A model generated the notes under the pieces. That model worked only from the letters and a program-made list of their open reading frames with translations. It was not told the DNA's origin and did not search any database. This document shows, in pieces, positions 1 to 14,685 of a stretch of 64,000 nucleotides of DNA. Source of the stretch: Phaeosaccion multiseriatum (lineage: Eukaryota > Protista > Ochrophyta, other classes); contig OZ218953.1 in assembly GCA_965112735.1 (NCBI GenBank), forward strand, positions 4,402,001 to 4,466,000, written 5' to 3'. A program made the position numbers and the translations under genes. Each line of letters starts with the position of its first letter. Position 1 is the stretch's first letter.

Positions 1-197
1 GATTATTATATTTTAGACTGTAAATGAGGGTAAGAATTTTTATTACAATATACAAAAAAGGTTTGCTCTTGGTTCAGACAAACGAGGAGGGGAGAGAGGT
101 GTGGTGGCAGGAGGAGAGGGGCGCTGGTGGCAGAGAAGAGCAGCTAAAGAACACCCAAAGAGAACCAAAGAACACCCAAAGAGAACCAAAGGCTCCT

Positions 198-614
198 TTA
201 GGGGGGTGCTTGTGGCCAAACATCACCCCCGCGAATGAGAGACACGGAAGGAGGGGGAGGGGCATCGATCACGCTTGTTGGGACGGAAGCTGCATTGCTA
301 CCGCCGTCCCCTTGCCCCTCACTGCTGTGGGGGGTCGCTGCCTCGGCATCCTTCTCCTTCCTCTTCTTTTGTTGTTGCGTGAGCTTCACCTCGCCCGTCC
401 AGGTCCGGTGCTCTCCCCTCCATCCTGCGTGGTGTGAAGGGCAGTTTATTCAAGGTCAAATGTGATGCATTGGGAGGAGGGGGGCGGATGTTTTCAGGCG
501 TACGAAGAGTCATTCGGTGGCCTCCTTTCCCCTGCCTCTCAATCCCATACTACGTTTACTCCCTCCTTCACCACAGCAAATCCCTTTTTTGCTCTGATGA
601 TGGCCGCACGTGCA

Positions 615-646
<32 letters not shown>

Positions 647-2691
647 GAGGAGGACCGAAACTCCCAAAACTCACTTGACCCTTCCCTACTGAGGCCCGCC
701 ACGGATCAATCAACCCCGACGCCTCTTATACTCCAATGAGCCCGGGCGCCTTTAAAAGCAATAGTAATCACTCACCGTTCGCCGTTATGAACCTCCTAGT
801 CAAGGCGTTATGTATTTTGGTGTTTATCTCTTTGATCTTCTCTGCTCGGGCCGCCGCGATGGCCGGGTCCAACTCCGACACAATCGGCACGGAGGGAGAG
901 TGCCTCACCACCCAGTCCACGATTTGGCGGAGCGTCAGCCCTCCATGGTCGTCCCTTGCGCCCTCCATCTCCGGGCTCTTGAAGGCCTGAAGAAGAAGAA
1001 GAAGAAGAAGAAGAAGAAGAAGAAGAAGAAGAAGAAGAAGAAGAAGAAGAAAGAGCAAACACGTGTGTAATGGAGCACAGAATGAATGAAAAAGGGAGGA
1101 AGGTCAGATACGCGTTGCATGCGTGTCTGAGAGCGCACTTCGATCGCGTTGTTCGAGGGGGGGCAGTGGAGCTACCCCTGGAATATATCATACACAGTTG
1201 CCACCGCAATCTGTTTCACTTCGCCTGCTTTCCCTCTGCAGGCTGTGTGTGGCGTGCGCACTCTCTCCTCTCTCTCACCCTCTCTCTCCCTCTCTCTCCT
1301 ATCTCATCCTCTTTCTCCTCTCCCCCCCCCTCTCTCCTCTCACTCCCTCTCCTCTCTCTCCTCTCTCACTCCCTCTCTCCTCTCTCACCCTCCCTCTCCT
1401 CTCTCTCCTCTCTCACCCTCTCTCACCTCTCTCACCCTCTCTCTCTCCCTCTCTCTCACCTCTCTCACCCTCTCTCTCTCCCTCTCACCCTCTCTCTCCT
1501 CTCTCACCCTCTCTCTCTCCCTCTCTCTCCTCTCTCACCCCCTCTCACCCTCTCTCTCACCTCCGCTATCGCCTCCGTATAGTGCATGTTCTTGGGTGAG
1601 GACTCTGCGTCGGCCGAGATGAGTATCTTGAGGCTCGGCTTCGGAGCGGCGCTCGGGGTGACCGCTGCTGCTGCTGCCGCCCCTCCCCCCCCACTGCCCG
1701 GAGTCTTTGGAGCAGATTGCTCACCCATCCCCACCCCAGGCAAAACCCGCTGGTCCCCAGGTGGGGGACTGAGTAGCGATGGTGTGCCACGACCACTCCC
1801 TCCTGCTCCTCCTCCTCCTCCTCCTCCTCCTCCTCCAGCAGCAGCTATTCCTCCTGTTGGTGGTGGTCCCGCTGGTGGGTAGGCATGTGGTCTCTCGTCC
1901 TCGTCCTCAGCATTGGCATGTGAGGATTCTCGCTCGTCCGCCTCTCCGCCCTGCCGTTTCCTCTTGTTGGCGTAGGAGGAGGAGGTCTTGCTGCTGACAC
2001 TTTGTGTGTCTTCTTCTTCGTCCGCCGCGGCTTCTCCAAAGGCGTCCGGTAAGAGAAAGTAAAGCATGCAGGATCCCAACCTTAACGGAGTGTTTGATTC
2101 GATCACCTCTGCAGCAGCAGGCGTCAAAACAAGACAAGACAGTCACAGTGGGGTTGGGAGGAGGGCAAACAAAGAAAAAGAAAAATAGAAGTGAGGGGAT
2201 AGCAAGTAGGAGCTCTGTCTTGGGAGAGAGAGACATGCACATAAAAGAAATAAGAAGTAGGGGAGAAGTGGAATATAAGGGGCGAGGCGGGGGCAGGGAA
2301 ATTGCCCAGATCGAGAGGGAGAGAGACCAACGCCCGCCCGCCCCCCCGTCCCTTCCTCACCTCTGGTGTCTGGCCCGCAGTACCGCCCGCCCACGGTCAT
2401 CCCATTCCGACCCAAGCAGGTGATCACGTACTTCTCATCCTCCACCATCCACTCAATCAAAGCATGCCTCCTAGAGATGCCCTTGTTCGTCCCCAGAGAC
2501 AGGAAGGCAGGTTTCCCATCGGCTGCTTCCTCACTTTGCGCGCAATGTGCCCCCGCCCTGCCCAGAATAACGGGTAGAGAGGTGATGAAGAGCGAAACTT
2601 CCTTCTCTTCATTCTTTCCCCACAGCTTCGCGTACGCGTAAGGCTCGTCCCCCATTCCGGAAAGTGCAAAAAAGTCCTGTCCCGTTGACAT
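198..2691 (-). CDS. FHA-domain protein with C-terminal winged-helix/forkhead-like domain (putative transcription factor), 4 exons
   Basis: Exons 2691-2361, 2108-1561, 986-776 and 424-198 are joined by GT-AG introns in consistent phase. The N-terminal FHA is of the Fkh1/FOXK/Fhl1 type (YAYAKL..VILGR..KGISRRHALI..CLGRNGMTVGG..LRLGSCMLYF). The C-terminal segment reads YTEAIAEAF..LTLRQIVDWV..KIHNALTRRFI..W. Confidence 0.8.
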
Positions 2692-2733
2692 AATCGCAAA
2701 CAACCATCCTGACACCCATCGACACCCACACAG

Positions 2734-3105
2734 TCGACCCCTGATACACTATCCGCTATCCGCTATCGCCGGCGCCAGCCGGCACGCTATCCGCTATCGC
2801 CGGCGTCAGCCGGCGCGCTATCCGCTATCGCCGGCGCCAGCCGGCTTTGGGGGGGGGGGGGGGGTTGTTGGGGCGTGCTATTCGACCCCTGACACACTAT
2901 CGCCCACATTCTCGATAGCGCGCTATCGGCCGCGGCCGATAGCGGATAGCGTGCCGGCTGGACACTATCCGCTATCCGCCGGCGATAGCGGATAGCGGAT
3001 AGTGTGTCAGGGGTCGATGCTATCCGCCAGCCGGCGCGCTATCCGCTATCGCCGGGGCCCGATAGCGCGCTATCGAGAATGTGGCGGTAGCGTGTCAGGG
3101 GTCGA
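2734..3105. mobile_element. Non-autonomous TIR element (MITE), outer copy
   Basis: The ends TCGACCCCTGATACAC... and ...GCGTGTCAGGGGTCGA are inverted. A direct repeat ACACAG flanks it at 2728-2733 and 3106-3111. Internal GCTATCC/GCCGGC subrepeats are present. Confidence 0.8.
2882..3017. mobile_element. Same-family MITE, inner copy inserted in opposite orientation
   Basis: TIRs TCGACCCCTGACACACTATC (2882-) and GATAGTGTGTCAGGGGTCGA (-3017). A direct repeat TGCTAT flanks it at 2876-2881 and 3018-3023. Confidence 0.82.
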
Positions 3106-3359
3106 ACACAGTGCTGGCAAGAAAACAAAAAAAGGGACCCCCATAATACAGTTGCGGCTGCTCTAATTATTATCTTTTCTATTTTGCTGTATGTTGGTGC
3201 TAGACTACTAGCGGTGGGCACGATATTTCCCGTCTCAGGGCCCCTCCTCCCTCCGTATGTACCTTGATCTACTTTGGTCCACACTATATGCATGTAAAAA
3301 ATGGTCCGCTCCCTCCCTCCGCGTGCGCCGGGCCGGTGCGCGGCCGGCCTACGCTTCAC

Positions 3360-4596
3360 TCACTCCAACGCATAACCGCCTAAGAATAGCACAAAGAAGA
3401 GCGCGAGTCCTCCGAAGATGAGCCCGTTCTTCTGCCCGCCTGTGAGCTGGTTGCCGCCAAAGCCATAGCCCTGGTTCACCTCGAAGCCGGCTATGGTGAC
3501 TGTCTCGGCCCTGAACTCGGATTTCTTGGCCCCGCAGTTAGGGCAGCTCCATGTGTCGGGCAAGTCATCGAAAGATCGCATATTGTTCTTGGTGTACAGG
3601 TACGTGCATCCCTGGCACTCCCAGTCCCCTTTTGAAATGAATGGAAATGAACAAGAAACAAGGAAGGGAGCGAGGGAGGGAGGGACGGAGGGAAGGGGTG
3701 AGAAGGCTGACTGGATCATGCGGAGAAAGGCAGATGCGACTCGTGCAGCTCGCCCGCTGCCGCCCCCTTGCCCTCTCCTAATGAATCCTGTTCGCGTTTA
3801 GATGCTCTTGCGCTCGACACCCCTGTCGTCTCTGCCCTTCCCTTCCCCCTCCCACATCAACCCACACACACCTGTCTCCTTGACGATGAATCTCTCTTCC
3901 TGCCGAAGCTTGTCCGCCTGCTTCTTTTTGTAGTATAGATCCTCTTCCTCGGCTGTCATATTTGCCAACTCCTCCTCTGTGGCGTCTCGCAAATAGTAGG
4001 GCCACTCCGCTTCCCCCTGCTCCACCTCCTCGTCATCCTCCAAGCTAAGCACAGGCGCCACCTCAGCCACACTCTTCTCCCCACCGACTCCCTCCCCCCC
4101 CTCGGCCTCGGCCATTCGTAACGCAAAGCCCTGACCCGGCCCTTGGCTCAGACTGCCCGCCAATCGCCAGGGCGATGCCGCGCGAGGCGATGACGAAGCG
4201 GTACATGGCGAGGCACGCTCGGATCTTGATCCTTGGGGCACCTGTACCGAGCCTGACTGACATTGAGAAACTGCGACACGCAACATACCCAGAGAGAGTG
4301 AGAGGAGGGATAAGGAGGGAGGGAGAGAGGAGAGGGGGGGGAATTCAACTTTGAAGGCTTGCAGCGCTTGGCGAGAGATCCGTCGGTGCCACTGCCCTGC
4401 CTTCTGTCCCTGCTCGTCCGTCCGTCCCCAACTCCTGCCTCCTTCCGCCCTCTCCCACGCTACCACTCTTTCATCTCCGGCAACGCTGACTCGACGCCTC
4501 ACCTTGCATTGGCATGAAGGCATGCGATACGCCGAGCAGCAGGAAGGCTATGGCTCCTCCTGCCGCTGCTGCTGCTGTTGCTACTGGTCTCGGCAT
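3360..4596 (-). CDS. Plastid-targeted thylakoid rubredoxin (RubA/RBD1-like), 3 exons
   Basis: Exons 4596-4503, 4252-3872 and 3628-3360. The signal peptide ends VSHA-F. Motifs WECQGCTYLY..FDDLPDTWSCPNCGA..F, then GFEVNQGYGFGGN..QKNGLIFG and a C-terminal TM helix. Confidence 0.9.
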
Positions 4597-4830
4597 TATA
4601 TAACAGCACAAGATACAAAGAGAAGAGAAGAGAGAAGAGAGAAGAGAGAGAGAGAGAGAGAGAGAAGAGAGAGGGAGAGAAGAAGCTGAGTTGTGATTTT
4701 GGCGTCAGCCGATATGCCAGCCGATTCATGCACGGGATGGGGGGACACGTGCAATCGCCATCAAGGGGTATTTCGGGAAAAAAAAAGCCAAAAAGCCCTC
4801 AAGCAGAGTGAATTCCCATATAGAAGAGGG

Positions 4831-6719
4831 ATGAAGTCGTTCTTACGCTCCTCGCTGGGAGGGAAGAGGGAGAGGGTGGTGGCCTCCTCCTCACGCGATG
4901 CAGGGGAGGTGCACGCGCCCTCGGCCAAGGCGGCCTTCGCTGGCTTCCCTGAACGTGAGGAGCTTCCAGTTAGCGTCTCAACGCTATGCAGCCTGGCCTT
5001 CTCGGACCACTTCTTCAACACCTCGCGCAAGCGGAGAAGGAGGATAAGTCAGGGAGAGACCATGTTCGGCTTGGGCGTCACGTGCCAAGACGTGGAGGGG
5101 ATGGTGACGGCGGGGGCCAAGGTGGGGGTCAAGCTGGCGGCGTTGCTGGAGAAGCAGCCCAAGCAGCAGCAGTATTTGAAGGCCGCTGGGTCCGAGAAGG
5201 GGGCTTTGTCTAGTGCTGCTGAGAAAGAAAAGTTTGTGGCTGCAGGACCTTGTCAGCTGCTCACCAAGGTCAAGGGCCTCTTCGGGAATCGGTGGGTTTT
5301 CCAACTGCTGTATGAGCAACTGCTGTAGCTGCTAACACTAAGAGGGAGAGGAAAGCGCGTAGGTGGGGGGGCTGTATTGTGTAGAAGGATACAATATATT
5401 TTCCCATCCTTTCTGTGCGCTCTATTTATTCCCCTCTCTTCCATTTGGTCCTACAGGCTGGTCCCTCTGGGCAAGGAAATTCACTGCAAGCGAAACGAGG
5501 CCATGGAGGATGGAGAGATGTTCTTGCTGCGCCAGCTGCACGAGCTCAGATCGAACGTCATGTCCAGCACCTCGGAGGAGTGGGTGCTGCTGCTTAGCTC
5601 TTGCGAGCACACAGTGGCCGTGGGAGCTCGGTCCGTTGGGAGGAGCGACATTACCAGCAACTACGGGGGCGAGGACCCCTCTGCACTTGTAGATAGCCTG
5701 GAGTTTGTTTTCTTTGATTCGCAGCCCACGGGGGCCTTGGGCACGGCAGGGCCGTACGCTTGCCGCTTCACGACCGTACGGTGAGTGAGGCTTTCTGAGT
5801 TTTTGCCTGCTCAGGGCTGGTGCCGCGGCTCTTTTTTGTCAAGATGGGGGAGACATCGCCGCCCACAGAGAGAGTACCCCTGTACCTTCTTGGCGCGAGT
5901 GCATACAGTACACTAGAGCCTTCAGGAAGCACCACGCCCTGACGTAAAAGCCCCTCCCCAACCCTTCCCTCTCCTTCCCCGCTGCCTGCACAAACAGAGG
6001 CCTACAGCTCCATATTCTCTCTGTGTTTTCGCCCCTGTGGCAGCGTATGCGCGAGGAGAAGCAGAAAGACCCGGACCCGACCAATAACAGGGCGGGATCC
6101 AACTACGTGACGCTGTCCGTTCTGCTGAGTGCCCAGCTCAACTCGCCGAGGGGCCACCAACAGATGAGAAGTCTCATGGAGGCGCAAGGTGAGAAAGAGA
6201 GGAGGGAAGCATGGAGTAGCCAGCCACGAGTGGCATTTATTTGCGTCTGCAGGGCACCCACAGCCTAGCGCTCCGCTTGCTTGGGGTGTAGCGGGAAGAA
6301 GGAGAAGGACAAATGGTCGCCGCTCTTGTATTCACCATTCCCCTCGCTGCTTGGCCCCCAGCACCCAGGAAGCTTCCCACCTGTTTCTTACGTGTCTTCC
6401 CATGTGTCTGCCTTACCCATCATCAGTGCTGCAAATGCGCAAGGCGGAGAAGCAGGCTGTGGCTCGCAGCAAGCGTCCTGGAACAGACTCGCTGCGAAGC
6501 ACTAGCACAATTGGGTCCACCGTCGGGTCGCTTCGCAGCTCAAGCACGTCCGAGATGGGCTCTCCCGGACCTGACGAGCGTGCATTTCAGAGCCGAGCGC
6601 ACAACTCGCCCACAGGAGGAGGACGACGAGGAAGACCTACAGCAACAGTAGCAGCTGTAGCTGCACGAGCAGCAGCACCAGCAGGAGTAGGAGGAGTTGG
6701 GGTGACGAGGAAGGAGGAG

Positions 6720-6757
<38 letters not shown>

Positions 6758-9700
6758 AGAAGAAGAAGGAGAAGAAGAAGAAGAAGAAGAAGAAGAAGAA
6801 GAGGAGGAGGAGGAGGAGAAGGAGGAGGCTTCTCATCTAGAGGCAGAACATGGACCGCCGCTTCCACAGCAGCTTCGATCAGACGATGTGGAGCACGAGT
6901 ATCGGAATCGGTACGTCGAGGTGCAGGCAACTCATGGGTTGGAAAGTAGCAAGAGCAGGAGCGGCAGCACGAGGCCGATCCGTGACGCGCCGGCAACTCA
7001 AACGGCGGAGCATGATGATGAGAACAGCAGCGGCATGAGTAGCACGGGTAGGGGTGGGGGAAGCCCAACCAAGGGATCGCACTTCGACCCCCCTTCTCTT
7101 GATGATGGCGCACTTGCTCCTGCTGAGAGCATTTCTCGGTTGCTTGGGTCTGTGGAGGGCGAGTCGCTGCAGACTTTCAGCGCGAGAGCTTACGACGATT
7201 TGAAGCGGGCAGAGGGCGAGCCAGCGCAAAGAGGAGGGCCATTTGAAGCTGCAGGCGCTGTTGTTGAGGATGAGAAGGAGGAAGAGGGTGAGGACAGTTT
7301 GCACCGAGAGGAAGAGGATAGCGACGACGACGAGGAGGAGGACGAGAGCCATGGCGAGGTTGCTGTTGAACCCTTTGCTGTCAAGCAGCGCAGTCAGGTA
7401 AAGGCAGGTTCATGGGATGATGGTGGCGAGCGGCGAAAGAATGAGGAAGCGGAGAAGGAGAAGACGAAGAGGAGGAGGAGCCCGAAAGGGGGGAGGGAAG
7501 AGGAACTGCCCGCGGAGGAGCCGCGGTCACGAAGAGCTGAGGCAGACGAAGCGAGCACCACTCGCGACAACTTTGTTTGGTACGGAGAGGCCGCCAGTGA
7601 CGATGACGACGGTGGCCGAGGCGGACGAGGGGGGAATAACGGGTTCGTTAGGGGAACCCAGGAGGCAGCAGCAGCAGCAGCAGCAGCGGTGGTCCCCGGG
7701 CGAGAAGTGGGCCGGGGGGGCTCCAGCACCGAAATCGAAGCAGCGAACGGAGGAGGAGTCATGTCGGCCAGTCAATGGTTGGAGGAGAGTGAGCAAGAAG
7801 AGGTGGGGCCGCCCCTACGGAGCGGAAATGAGGCAGGGAACGGAGAGAGACTGATGTCAGCCAGTCAATGGCTGGAGGAGAGTGAGCAAGAAGTCGGGCG
7901 GCCCTCCAGCCGCGGAAATGAAGCCGGGAACGGAGAGAGACTGATGTCAGCCAGTCAATGGCTGGAGGAAAGTGAGCAAGAGGGCCTTCCCATGGTGCAA
8001 ATCCGCCCTAACCCTGCGACTGCTGGAAGTGGAAGGATATCGCTGGCTCAGAGCTTGCGCATAGGAGGAGGAACGAGTGGTGCTCAGGAGTGGAACGATC
8101 CAACTCATCATCCAGGCCTCTACGCTCAGCAGCAGCAGAATCGGGGCGGCTGGACGGGATACGCTGCTGCTCCGGAATCAGCAGCGGAGAGGGGCGAGAG
8201 GGGCGATTTCCTCCAAGAAACGGAGGCGGGTCTGTCGCTGCATCTTGTGGAGCAGCGAGAGCGTATCTTGAGCAGGGAGGCGCAGGAGAAGGAGCTCATG
8301 TTCCAGGCTCGGATGGAGCGCGGTCGGCAGGTGCTCTTGGCGCTGAATGACGACGGGGGAGGAGGAGGGGGAGGGGGAGGAGGAGCCTCAGCAGAAGAAG
8401 AAGAAGAAGAAGAAGAAGAAGAACAAAAAGGTGGCAGTGGTGCCAACGCCCACATACAGCAAGAGAATCAGTCCATCGAAGCCTTTGTAGCGGCAGCCCG
8501 TGCTCCTCTACTGTCCAGTGCGGGCCCCGCCTCGCCAACTTCCTGCTCCTCCCTGGGCGCGGGCAAGGCAGAGTGGGGTGAAGAGGGGGAGTTACAGACT
8601 AAAGAGGGTGGCGGGGAAGCAGTGGAAGCGGAGTGGTTTGAGCCCGAGGATGAGCAACTAGAGCCCCTGCAGCCCCTCCAGCAGCAGCAGCAGCAGCAGC
8701 AGCAACAGGCCGTGGTCTTTGACATCCTTCTGAGCCCAGCTGGCGGAGGAGGTGGGCGGGGAAGGGGGTCCATTGGGAGTGCGAGCAACAGCAGCAGTAG
8801 AGGCGAGAAGAAGCCTTTGAGACGGCCGCAGGACCGCCAAGAGGAGCAAAGGGTGCTTGAGGCCAGGAGGGCAAGGAAGGTCGAGGCCATGGAGGAACGG
8901 AGAATACAAAGGTAGGCTGTGATCTCTTTTTGAGAGGAAGGTGCATTCGGTAGACTGGAGATCCTCCTTGTCACTCTCTTCTTCCCCTCCTTCGATGCCA
9001 TGTCTCTTTCTGTCTTGTGCCTTACCCGACCTTCTCTGTACTTTCTCTCGTCTGCTCTGTTGATGTTGCGTCGTCGTCGTCGTCTCAGAGAGGAGGCGAA
9101 GCGCTTAAGAGCTGCTGCCACTTCTTTCCGTGGCTCTCCTCTTGGCGGGGGAGCTTCCCCCACCGAGTCGTATGCCGGTGCTGCTGCTGTCCCCGAGACG
9201 TGCCGAGGGGGAGGAGAGGCAGTCAGTGCCGCAATCAAGGCAGCTGCTGGCGGTACAGTGAGGAAGAAACAACAAGGCACTGAGCTCGAGCAGGAAGGGA
9301 GTGGGAATGGAGGCGGGGCAGGGGGGGGGCTTGGTGGAGCTGCCCGGAGAGATTCGAGAGAGTCGCCGGGCCGCAAGACGTAAGGCACAAAAGATCCTAG
9401 AGGGTGGACAGGGTTCTTCGGCTCAGTTGCTATTCACTCCCCTTTCTCCCTCTCTCTCTGTGTGTCTCTTGCTATGCACTCCCCTATTCCTGTGTCTCTC
9501 GTGACACTCCTCTCTTTTGTCGCTGTCTCTTCCTATCCCTCCCTCTCTCTACAACACTTACTGGGAACGAACGAAGAGTAGCAAAGCCTCATGATGCTCC
9601 ATCATTCCTCCCTCTCTTGGCTGCCCCCCCCGTCCTTCTGCTCTTGTGTCACTTGTTCAGCCTCCAAGACCGCAGGTCGAGCGAAGGCACCGGGGGCTTG

Positions 9701-10536
9701 AAAACTCCGCGAGATCGCAGCACGACGAATGGTGCGCGCTCAAGTAGCGGCGGTATCAACGTCAACGGCTCACCTGCTCCCAAGAGGACGATTTACACAT
9801 CCAAACCCTCCAACAGGAAGCTTGTCAGAAACGCCATTAGCTTCTTGTGTCTCGCCGGAGGGCATATGAAGGAGCAAAAGGAGAAGTGCCTTGAGGTGAG
9901 ATCTTGAGTCGGCCTACTGTATCGATCGGTGTGGCTCCGACGGACGAATGGTGCACACAAGTAGAGGACCCTACGAACTTAACGCCATTGCCCTCCTGCT
10001 TTGTTCCTTCTTATGTTCTCCCACTTCCAAGGCCCTCGACGGGCACCCTTGGACGAGCTTCATCGTGCTGCTGGGGGACAGCAAGCTGCGCCCCTTTAAA
10101 GGGCTGTACGCGTTCAACGCGGAAGAGCCCGACTGCGGCCAGAAGATTTTCGGCCTGGGCCCCCCACAGCTGCGCGAGGAGGATGTGAGTTTCAGTTCGG
10201 CCAGTGACTGACTTACTGAGATGACGTCCTGTCACTCTGTTTTCTTCATGGCACCTTGGAGAGGCCGTCCCGCCTCCCCCAGCCATCCGCGCCTCCTCTC
10301 TCTCTCTCTCTCTCTCTCTCTCCCCTCTGACTCTCCCTCGGTCCTTCCTTCCCTCCCTCCCCACCCAGGCCTTGTCGTTCTTCAAGTACAACTCCGCCAG
10401 CCGAGAGTTCCGCGAGCTGCCCCACACACGCACACTCTCCGCCACCACAGACGCCGTGAGCATGGACGCGGCCAAGATCTCGGCCCACAGCCGGAGAGAG
10501 CGGCGAGAGAGGCAGGGTAGAGCAGCACAGCGGTAG
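4831..10536 (+). CDS. CAMSAP/Patronin-like protein with C-terminal CKK microtubule-binding domain, 8 exons
   Basis: Exons ~4831-5290, 5457-5780, 5998-6188, 6427-8911, 9089-9378, 9661-9895, 10032-10184 and 10369-10536, all GT-AG and in phase. CKK motifs: SNRKLVRNAISFLCLAG, FIVLL..FKGLY..KIFGLGP, FFKYNSASREFRELP..TLSATTDAV. The middle is long, acidic and low-complexity. Confidence 0.82.
7761..7982 (+). repeat. Three coding repeats (~90-bp period) encoding MSASQWLEESEQE
   Basis: ATGTC(G/A)GCCAGTCAATGG(T/C)TGGAGGA occurs three times within the long exon. Confidence 0.85.
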
Positions 10537-10611
10537 GGAGACTAATAATAAATCAAGATTGACTCACAGGAGTCAATCTCAGAAATAGTGATTGCGTTTT
10601 ATGCTTGGTGC

Positions 10612-10654
10612 TCAACCCCTGATACACTATCGCCCACATAGCGGATAGCGCGCT
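10612..10654. mobile_element. Truncated third copy (one end) of the 2734-3105 MITE family
   Basis: TCAACCCCTGATACACTATCGCCCACAT matches 2882-2909 at 26/28 nt and is followed by GATAGCGCGCT. Confidence 0.7.
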
Positions 10655-11024
10655 GGTAACGCCGAAAAACTTGTCGCGAGAAGAACCCCAAAAGTAAGAA
10701 TCCGGTCAAATATTCTTAGAATCACGAAACTCAAGACGTAACCGTAAAAAAGTGGACTACAATATCCTGGAGGACCTCCCGCAGTCTCCGCAAATATGTA
10801 CGGCAAGACTTCCGAGCACGTGGCATAGACGAGAGAGGAACATACAGCACAACGCACACACAGGCAGCGCACCGCGGGGCAGGCACTTTGGCCCCGTCCT
10901 GTGGTTTGTTTTTTAGAAGTTCCCTCCCCGTACGTGGCTGTGAGAGAAGAGAGGAGGCAGGATGCGCCTGGCCTAACACGGTAACCGGTGAGCTGCGGGG
11001 CTTCCCTGGTAGGCGGCAGAGGCC

Positions 11025-13674
<2,650 letters not shown>

Positions 13675-14685
13675 AGATCCCCTCTGCGAAGGACCGAATG
13701 CATCCGCACCCAAGCACCACAGAGACCTTCCTTGGAGAAAGGCCCCTGTGTGTGGTGTGTGGTGTGTTTGTGTGTGTGTGTGTGTGCGTGCTTGTGTGTG
13801 TGTGCGTGCTTGTGTGTGCGTGCTTGTGTGTGTGCGCGCGTGTGTATGCGAGTGTATGTGTGTCTTTGTGCGTGGTTCACCGATTGAACGTGAGCAGTAT
13901 ATCACGAGGAAATGAGGGCACAGGAGGTAGCCCTCCCGTTCTTTGTTCTTTGTTACATGTTCCTTTATTGTGTGGGTTTTAAGTACTTGTTTATGGTCAC
14001 CTTGTGGATGAAGTGTCTTGAGATGGTCGAAGATGGTGTATAATATAATATAGACCCCATCGTTGCCTCCTGCAACCTGTATCAAGTTCAGTTCTATGGC
14101 CCTACAGCGTGTGGAGGCCTAACAAACTGAAACTCCTGTTCCTTACGTAAGATCTGCTTGTCTTACGTAAAGGTGTCTTGCAGCCCAGAGGGCCCTCCCC
14201 CCCCCCCCCTAAAGTGCCTCTATCGCCGAGTTGAGCAGTTTTGGTTACGCGTCCCAGGTAGGGGTGGGTAAGGGGAGTGCAACAAGACCCTCAGAATCTT
14301 TGGAAACATGCCTATCGCCTTTTAGGTGTCTTTGGGAACAGGATATAGAGAGTGAAGTTCTGATCACCGTTGCCGTGGTGACGCGTCTCCACAGCCCTCG
14401 CGGCTGCTGCTGCGCCATGTCTCTTGCTGCCTAGGGCATTGGTGCCGAATTGTGAATTGGAGCGGCGGAGAGCAAGAGGCCATGCGTGTGTTGCTCAGCC
14501 CCCTTCTCTCGCACAGCCACACACAAACACCACATGCTCTCGCTCTCTCTCTCTTTCTCTGCACCACTCCGCCCCGCTTATCGCTGCCTGCCTTCCTACG
14601 TGGTAACGCTAACCAAAAAATAAAGACCAACCCCTACAAAGTGAAGTAGGAAGTACAGAGGTGCATCGAGGTAGACGTGTACGGC

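Noticed and set aside
510-713. Extra exon of the FHA gene (GKGQ..poly-Ala)
   Set aside because: Direct splicing from 776 to 424 keeps the frame and completes the winged-helix-like motif. A short GKGQ exon would lead to an early stop. It is not excluded as a minor isoform.
10556-10590. Helitron 3' end
   Set aside because: A hairpin is present but there is no CTRR terminus at the expected distance.
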